A DNA stretch of 64,000 bases from the human T2T-CHM13v2.0 reference genome, Homo sapiens. The position numbers were made by a program, and so were the translations under genes. Shown in pieces: positions 58,681-64,000 of this stretch. The notes beneath the pieces were generated by a model. That model saw nothing but the letters and a program-made list of their open reading frames with translations, made no database searches and was not told the DNA's origin. Location of the stretch: NCBI RefSeq assembly GCF_009914755.1, contig NC_060933.1. The stretch is one strand, 5' to 3'. The first letter of the stretch is position 1. Each line of letters opens with the position of its first letter.

Positions 58681-59644
58681 TCTATATTTATCGTAGGAAA
58701 AATTTATCAATCTCTTTTAAGTAATTTTCCTTGAGAAAATTCATTGCAGTTTTTCCCTAAATTTTTTCTATTAATTTTTATACCATCGTATCTCTTAAGC
58801 ACTAGTGAAAACGTGAGGTAACCATCTTTCCTGAGAAATCACATTTCTGTTTTGCTGAGTGAGCTCTGAGTTAGAGAGGTGAGAAGTGCCCCTCAGGGCA
58901 GATGCGTTCTGATGAGTCTGCTGCAGATCTTTGTTGCAAATTGTGGGTAGATTTAAAGGCTAAAAAAAGATGTGTTGCTTTCCCAAGTCACTACTGAGAA
59001 AATCTAGAAGGAGAAAATAAGTTAAATCTTGAGTCAGTAATTTTGGACTCAAGTGCCAAGCCCTGGTGTGTTCACTCACCTCTTTCGAACATTGGGCCCC
59101 TTGGAGACTGTCTATTTGCAAGCATCACCTTGCCAGAGCTAAAACACAGTCTGCCTGCCTGGGGAGGGACTAATTGGCCTTTTGGAAACTGTTTAAAACT
59201 GAATGAAGCACAGGCGCTTTCTCCGATGGTAGTAGAGCCTTGAGTTCTTGCCAGCCACTAATTGTTCTTTAGGCTTTCCTGTGAAGGAGGCTGAACTTGA
59301 GAGCTGGCTTTTGGTCTTGCCATCTGTGAACTGCCACTTGTCCACATGTGGTGTGTATTAAGATTGTTTTTGCTGGGAGCATCAGTATTGGAATGTGTTC
59401 CAATTAAAATGTGATGCTCTTGTTTTCCACTCTTGCAGGTTAGGCATTCCTTACTCTTGGGTTCCCAAGGACAGTGGGAGCCAACTGTATGAGTACCTGC
59501 CTGATAGAGCTTTAAAAAAACTGTTAGCTTCTAGGCTGGGCACTCCAGCCTGTGTCCTTAGATGTGGCTTACTTATAGGATAATTACATACAGATAGAAG
59601 AGACATTGTAAATGCTTCCTAATTGAATGCTTTTTCCCCCCTAG

Positions 59645-59719
59645 CTTATTTCCAGTGATGCTGATGGAGCCATCCAAAGGGCTGGAAGATTCAGAGTGGA
59701 AAATGGCTCTTCAGATGAG
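59645..59719 (+). CDS. GARNL3: GARNL3 coding exon 2 (aa 49-73), LISSDADGAIQRAGRFRVENGSSDE
   Basis: Polypyrimidine tract and acceptor ctttttcccccctag|, 75 nt open reading, donor GAG|GTAAGG at 59720. Phase 0/0. Continues the recalled GARNL3 sequence exactly. Confidence 0.93.
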
Positions 59720-60329
59720 GTAAGGAAGCCTCCCCACTTCCTGTAATGCCACCAAGCACATGATTATAGTGCCTGGGATATAGCAGTGAAAGAGTTCTGG
59801 AAGAGGTAAATAGAGCTTTTCAGAGCTTTGCTTGAAGCAAATGGAAGGGAAATGTCAGTATTCTGGCATGGAAGGTGCTATTCATAGGGTGACACATACC
59901 CTTTAAAAGATCTATGTTAAAACCAGGTAGACACAGGAAGTTGTTCTGCCAGCAGTGGGACCAAAGACAATTCTGCCACCCTCTGTGAATGGTCCCGAGT
60001 CCCAGTACTTCCTCTGCCAGGCTGATCAGCTTGGCACAGCCATCCGAGCAGTGCCAGGGTCCAGGAGGGAGATGCCAAAAATTACTGCAATGACAAAATG
60101 TCACCAGGAAAAGAGGCTGGTACTGCCTACTGCTCCTTGGGCCACGCCTACTTTCTGGGCTCTCTGGGTCTTCCTTGCTGCAGGCCACAGGGACTCACCT
60201 TGCTTTTTTTTTTTTTTTTTTTTTTGCCACTACCCTCTCTATCCCACGGGGTCTACCCTTTAAACTGCAGAGTATGGCAAAAACTCGCCAGCCTTTTTCT
60301 TCTTTGCTGCCTTTTTACACGGTAGCTCA

Positions 60330-60535
60330 TCATAGCTCTAGTTCCCTGACCCTGACCCTGGGCAAGGACCCCAGCCACCCTGAGCCTCATTTTTTTTTCA
60401 TCTGTAAATTAGAAACTGTCTCAAGATTATTGCAAGAATTCAGTGAGCTATGTTTGTGAAACTCCTAGCACTATGCCTGGCACATAGTAAGCTTCAGAAG
60501 TGCTAGTTATGATGCTATTGATGGTTATTGTTATT
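60330..60535 (+). mobile_element. MIR
   Basis: ctgagcctca...catctgtaaa...tagcactatgcctggcacatagtaag. Confidence 0.75.
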
Positions 60536-61764
60536 GTCATCACTGCCACATTGCCGGTTTTCTCCTGACCACCTCCTAATGCAAATTCTCGGTAAAGAGC
60601 TATGAATTTAACTTGAAAGCCCATGACATTTGGGAAGTGATTGCATGTTTTCACTCTTGGCCTTAGCCATGTACATTTACCTGACCCTTGCCATTGACAT
60701 GTTAGCCAAATGGAGGCTGAATACCCCTGAATAGGTACCCACATACTTCTTGTTCAGAATGATGTTAGCTGACCCACATAGAAGAAGGAACTCATGGAGA
60801 ATTTTGCTTCTGAACCTTAGAAACATCCCTCTCCAAATGGCCTGGCCCCTGGGACTAGATAGCCTCACCACCACAAGCTCAGGCAGCCAAGGGTTCTCAG
60901 GAGCTAAGCCAGGCACAGAGGCATTGAGTTATTGCTCTCCAGTGCTTGGAAAGCTAGCGGCCACCATGCCGAGTTTCTACTTTGAGAGCCCATGGAGGCT
61001 GTATACCTTGAGACATCTTTCTGCTACCAAAATTTTGCAGAACTTCAGCCCAGCCTGAAATGGACAAACCAAACTGGACTTTGCCACCCTACGTAAGCAC
61101 AACTCTGGCCCCTGCCGCATCCAGTGTCTGGAGGAAATACATACCTCCCAGGAAAGACATCAATGGGGCCTTCATGTGATCCTTAATCACCATACACTTG
61201 GCAGTCAAACACTGCTCACCTGGCCCTGCCATACACCAGAGGATAGGTTCTGGGACCCAGTCAGGGGTTAGAAATAACCTGTGCTTGGGTCATGATCAGG
61301 AGTGGCTTAAGAGTCAGACTTCCCAGGGTTCAAATCATGGCCCTACAACTCACCAGCAATGTGGCCTTGGGCAGTTCAGTTGACATCTTGGGAACAATTT
61401 GGGGGAGTTACTGATTTCACAAGTCATTGCAGTCTGTTGTGTTCAAAACACAGTCCGTCTCAAATTGCTTCTCTGGAAATATAATATCAAGGATCGAATA
61501 CTGTTTTAGGTTTTATTTCCACCGAAACTACTGAGCATGATGCTCCATTGGAGCACCTTGGCTGTTTTGTATTGGTGGTCTTCAGTTAAAAGTTTCTGGC
61601 CAATGGTACTTTCTAGCCTGATAAAAGACCTTGTGGGCACTTGACTTCCAGAGGGAAAAAACAGCTGGCTTTCTCTGAATTAGGTAAAGCAGTTAGTGCA
61701 GTAAAGGACTCACTATATATAGTTGCTTAAAAATTCTCAAACCTCTGAACAAACAAATTGCAAA

Positions 61765-62020
61765 TTTTGTTTTTGGGTTATTTGTGCTTTTATTATTCAA
61801 TTGTAAGAGTTTTTTATATAGTCTGGATAATTAGACACTTATCAGATATATGATTGGGAAAAGTTTTCTCCTATTCTGTGGGTTATCTTTTCACTTTCTT
61901 GGTTGTGTCCTTTGAAGCACAAAAGCTTTAAGATTAGATCATGTCTAGTTTGTCTGTTTTTTTTCTTTCATTGCTGGCACTTCCGTTGTCATGTCCGAGA
62001 AACCATTGCCTAATCCAAGG
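61765..62020 (-). mobile_element. L1 fragment
   Basis: tatcagatatatgatt...ctattctgtgggttatcttttcactttctt...aaaccattgcctaatccaagg. Confidence 0.8.
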
Positions 62021-62776
62021 TTGCTTGGTCACTTTTTATAGTTTACTGTTCCCTTGAGATAATGTCAAATTTGTCTTTTATTTCTTTAAACATAGTGTAA
62101 TGGTTTTATCATCTGCGACCGAGAATTCCAATATGTGAAGTTTTTGTGGCTGTTGTTTCATTGTTTTCCTCTGGCCTATGCTCCTCATGTAATGTGCTTC
62201 TGCGTGTGCTAGGCTGCCTGATTGTGTGCTACTTATTGTTCCTGAAAATTTTTAGGAATAATATAAAGCCTAAGATGAGTTGCTTTTTGGTAGGGAGGAC
62301 TTATGTTTGCTTTTGCCAGATAGATACCTTTAAACCAAATACCCATCTTGAGACCTTTTAAACTACCAAAGTGCTGCAGATTACAACTACAGATTTATGT
62401 GAAAGCTGGCTTGTGGTCACCACACCTCAGAGACACTCCCCTGCTCAGCTCTGCTCGGTGCTGTGACAACTTCCTTGTAGTTTTTGGTGGTGGAGGTGGT
62501 TTCTTCTGATTCCCTCTTCCTTCAGTGTGCAGCCCTTTGGGATCCTAGCATAATGTGGGGCAGGGCTCCTATTGGACTTGCCTACCCCAGTGGGTCTTGG
62601 GATTTGACTCTTTGTCCCCAACAAGGTCACCAAAATCCAAATTCAATTTTGCTGGGATTGACAAACATCCTCAAGCCAAAAAGGACTTTCATGCTGCATT
62701 TACCTCTGTGCGTTCCCACTTGCCTTTCAGTTTTAATTGGCAATTCCTACAATCTGGTAAGCACTCCAGTGCTTTT

Positions 62777-63076
62777 TTCCCACCCCTCCCCCCGGCCAAG
62801 ACAGAGTCTTGCTGTGTCACCCAGGCTGGAGTGCAGTGACACTATCTCGGCTCACTGCACCTCCGCCTCCTGGGTTCAAGCAATTCTTCTGCCTCAGCCT
62901 CCCAAGTAGCTGGGATTACAGGTGTGAGCCACCATGCCTAGCTAATTTTTGTATTTTTAGTAGAGATGGGATTTCACCATGTTGGCTAGGCTGGTCTCGA
63001 ACTCCTGACCTCATGATCTGCCAGCCTTGGCCTCCCAATGTGCTGGGATTACAGGCATGAGCCGCTGCGCCCGGCC
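62777..63076 (-). mobile_element. Alu (AluS-like), TSD tccagtgctttt, with a G-rich tail
   Basis: TSD at 62765-62776 and 63077-63088. Confidence 0.93.
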
Positions 63077-63501
63077 TCCAGTGCTTTTAAGGAGATGATT
63101 TTAATATTTTTCTAGTACTTTTAGTTTTTTCAGTGGGAGGGTTGATCTGAATAACCTAGCCTGCCATTACCAAAAACATAAGTTATATCGGGAGTGCTTT
63201 TCATATAATGTGACAAAACATTCATTCAACTGGCATTCATAGGGTCATTTCCTAGTGCCAGACAGGCTGAGCCCTGGATGTAGGATTGAATAAGCCTGCT
63301 GAAGTCCCTGCTCCTAGGGGCCTGCAGATGGCAGGGAGAGCCATCAGTAACCAATACAAACACATAGAAGGATTGCAAATTTTGGTAACTACTGTGGCAA
63401 AAACAGAGGACCATGGTGCAAAGAAACAGGAAGAGCCCTATTTAAGATGGGGTCGTCAGAAAGCCCTTACCAGCGACAGCCAGTGAGGCCAAGCCTCTGA
63501 A

Positions 63502-63785
63502 CAGTGCTTCTCAGACTGTCCATCTTTTCAATTTCCGGTCAGTTGCAGGAAATTAAATATGTGATCCTACTCTGCATAACTAGTACACAGAACCCACCTT
63601 ATGCAACTCATCAAGGAATTGGATATCATCCAGATTGGTCTGGACAGTTTCATGAGATGAATCCACTGAACATGTACTTACATGCCACAGGCATGTCAGA
63701 ACACTGTAAAGGTTTCTTGTACACCTTGTCATGGACTAGTAAACAGTTTGCAGATTGGCATCCATCAGAATGGACCATACTTTCC
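63502..63785. mobile_element. hAT-Charlie non-autonomous element (MER119-like)
   Basis: cagtgcttctca...tccactga...aaacagtttgcagattggca...ggaccatacttt. Confidence 0.55.
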
Positions 63786-63914
63786 TGCCTTAGAGTTCAT
63801 CTGGGCCAATCCCCTTCCCAATGCATGAGTTCCTGCATCAGCTTTGCCAGCAGTTAGCTGATCTGTTCCTGCTTGAGTGTATCTCCAGTAATGGGAAACT
63901 TGATACCTCCTTTA

Positions 63915-64000
63915 TAGGACTTTTTTCCTCCTGACACCAATCAATTCTGACACCAACTGAGTGTCCTACAATTCAATTCTCACACCGACTACCTGGAGTT
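63915..64000 (-). mobile_element. MER21-family LTR end, running off the window
   Basis: ttctgacaccaactgagtgtcctacaattcaattct...actacctggagtt. Confidence 0.7.

Noticed and set aside
59420-59445. Strong acceptor-like ttttccactcttgcag|gttagg about 200 nt upstream of exon 2
   Set aside because: The downstream GTTAGG is a weak donor, and use as an acceptor would add 206 nt and shift frame. No independent support.

Overview
Human (primate, Alu-rich) genomic DNA, mostly intronic. It contains the 5' part of GARNL3 (RapGAP-domain plus CNH-domain protein) on the + strand, recognised from the translated exons. The canonical first coding exon is 33356-33499 (MVVDFCRRFV...KHYGSVEL) and exon 2 is 59645-59719 (LISSDADGAIQRAGRFRVENGSSDE), joined in frame across a 26-kb GT-AG intron. 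The ORF track misses exon 2 and an upstream alternative coding exon (11554-11724, MDPLTKVPCG...SQVNL). That exon splices in frame onto an acceptor buried inside exon 1 at 33430. Two more short ATG-plus-donor cassettes (32470-32477 and 31972-31982) have the same phase, so the gene appears to have swappable N-termini. An intragenic CpG-island promoter lies at about 13425-13985. The rest is transposon debris: about 20 Alus (many with target-site duplications, TSDs), L1/L2/MIR, hAT MITEs and MaLR/ERV LTRs, often nested. I see no prokaryote-type system, CRISPR array or RNA gene, and no convincing wholly new biological system. The best leads are splicing and translation regulation of GARNL3, a 36-bp perfect AT-rich inverted duplication and several atypical retro-insertions. 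Gene identity, orthologue similarity and repeat subfamily names are recalled from memory, not searched, and repeat boundaries are approximate.
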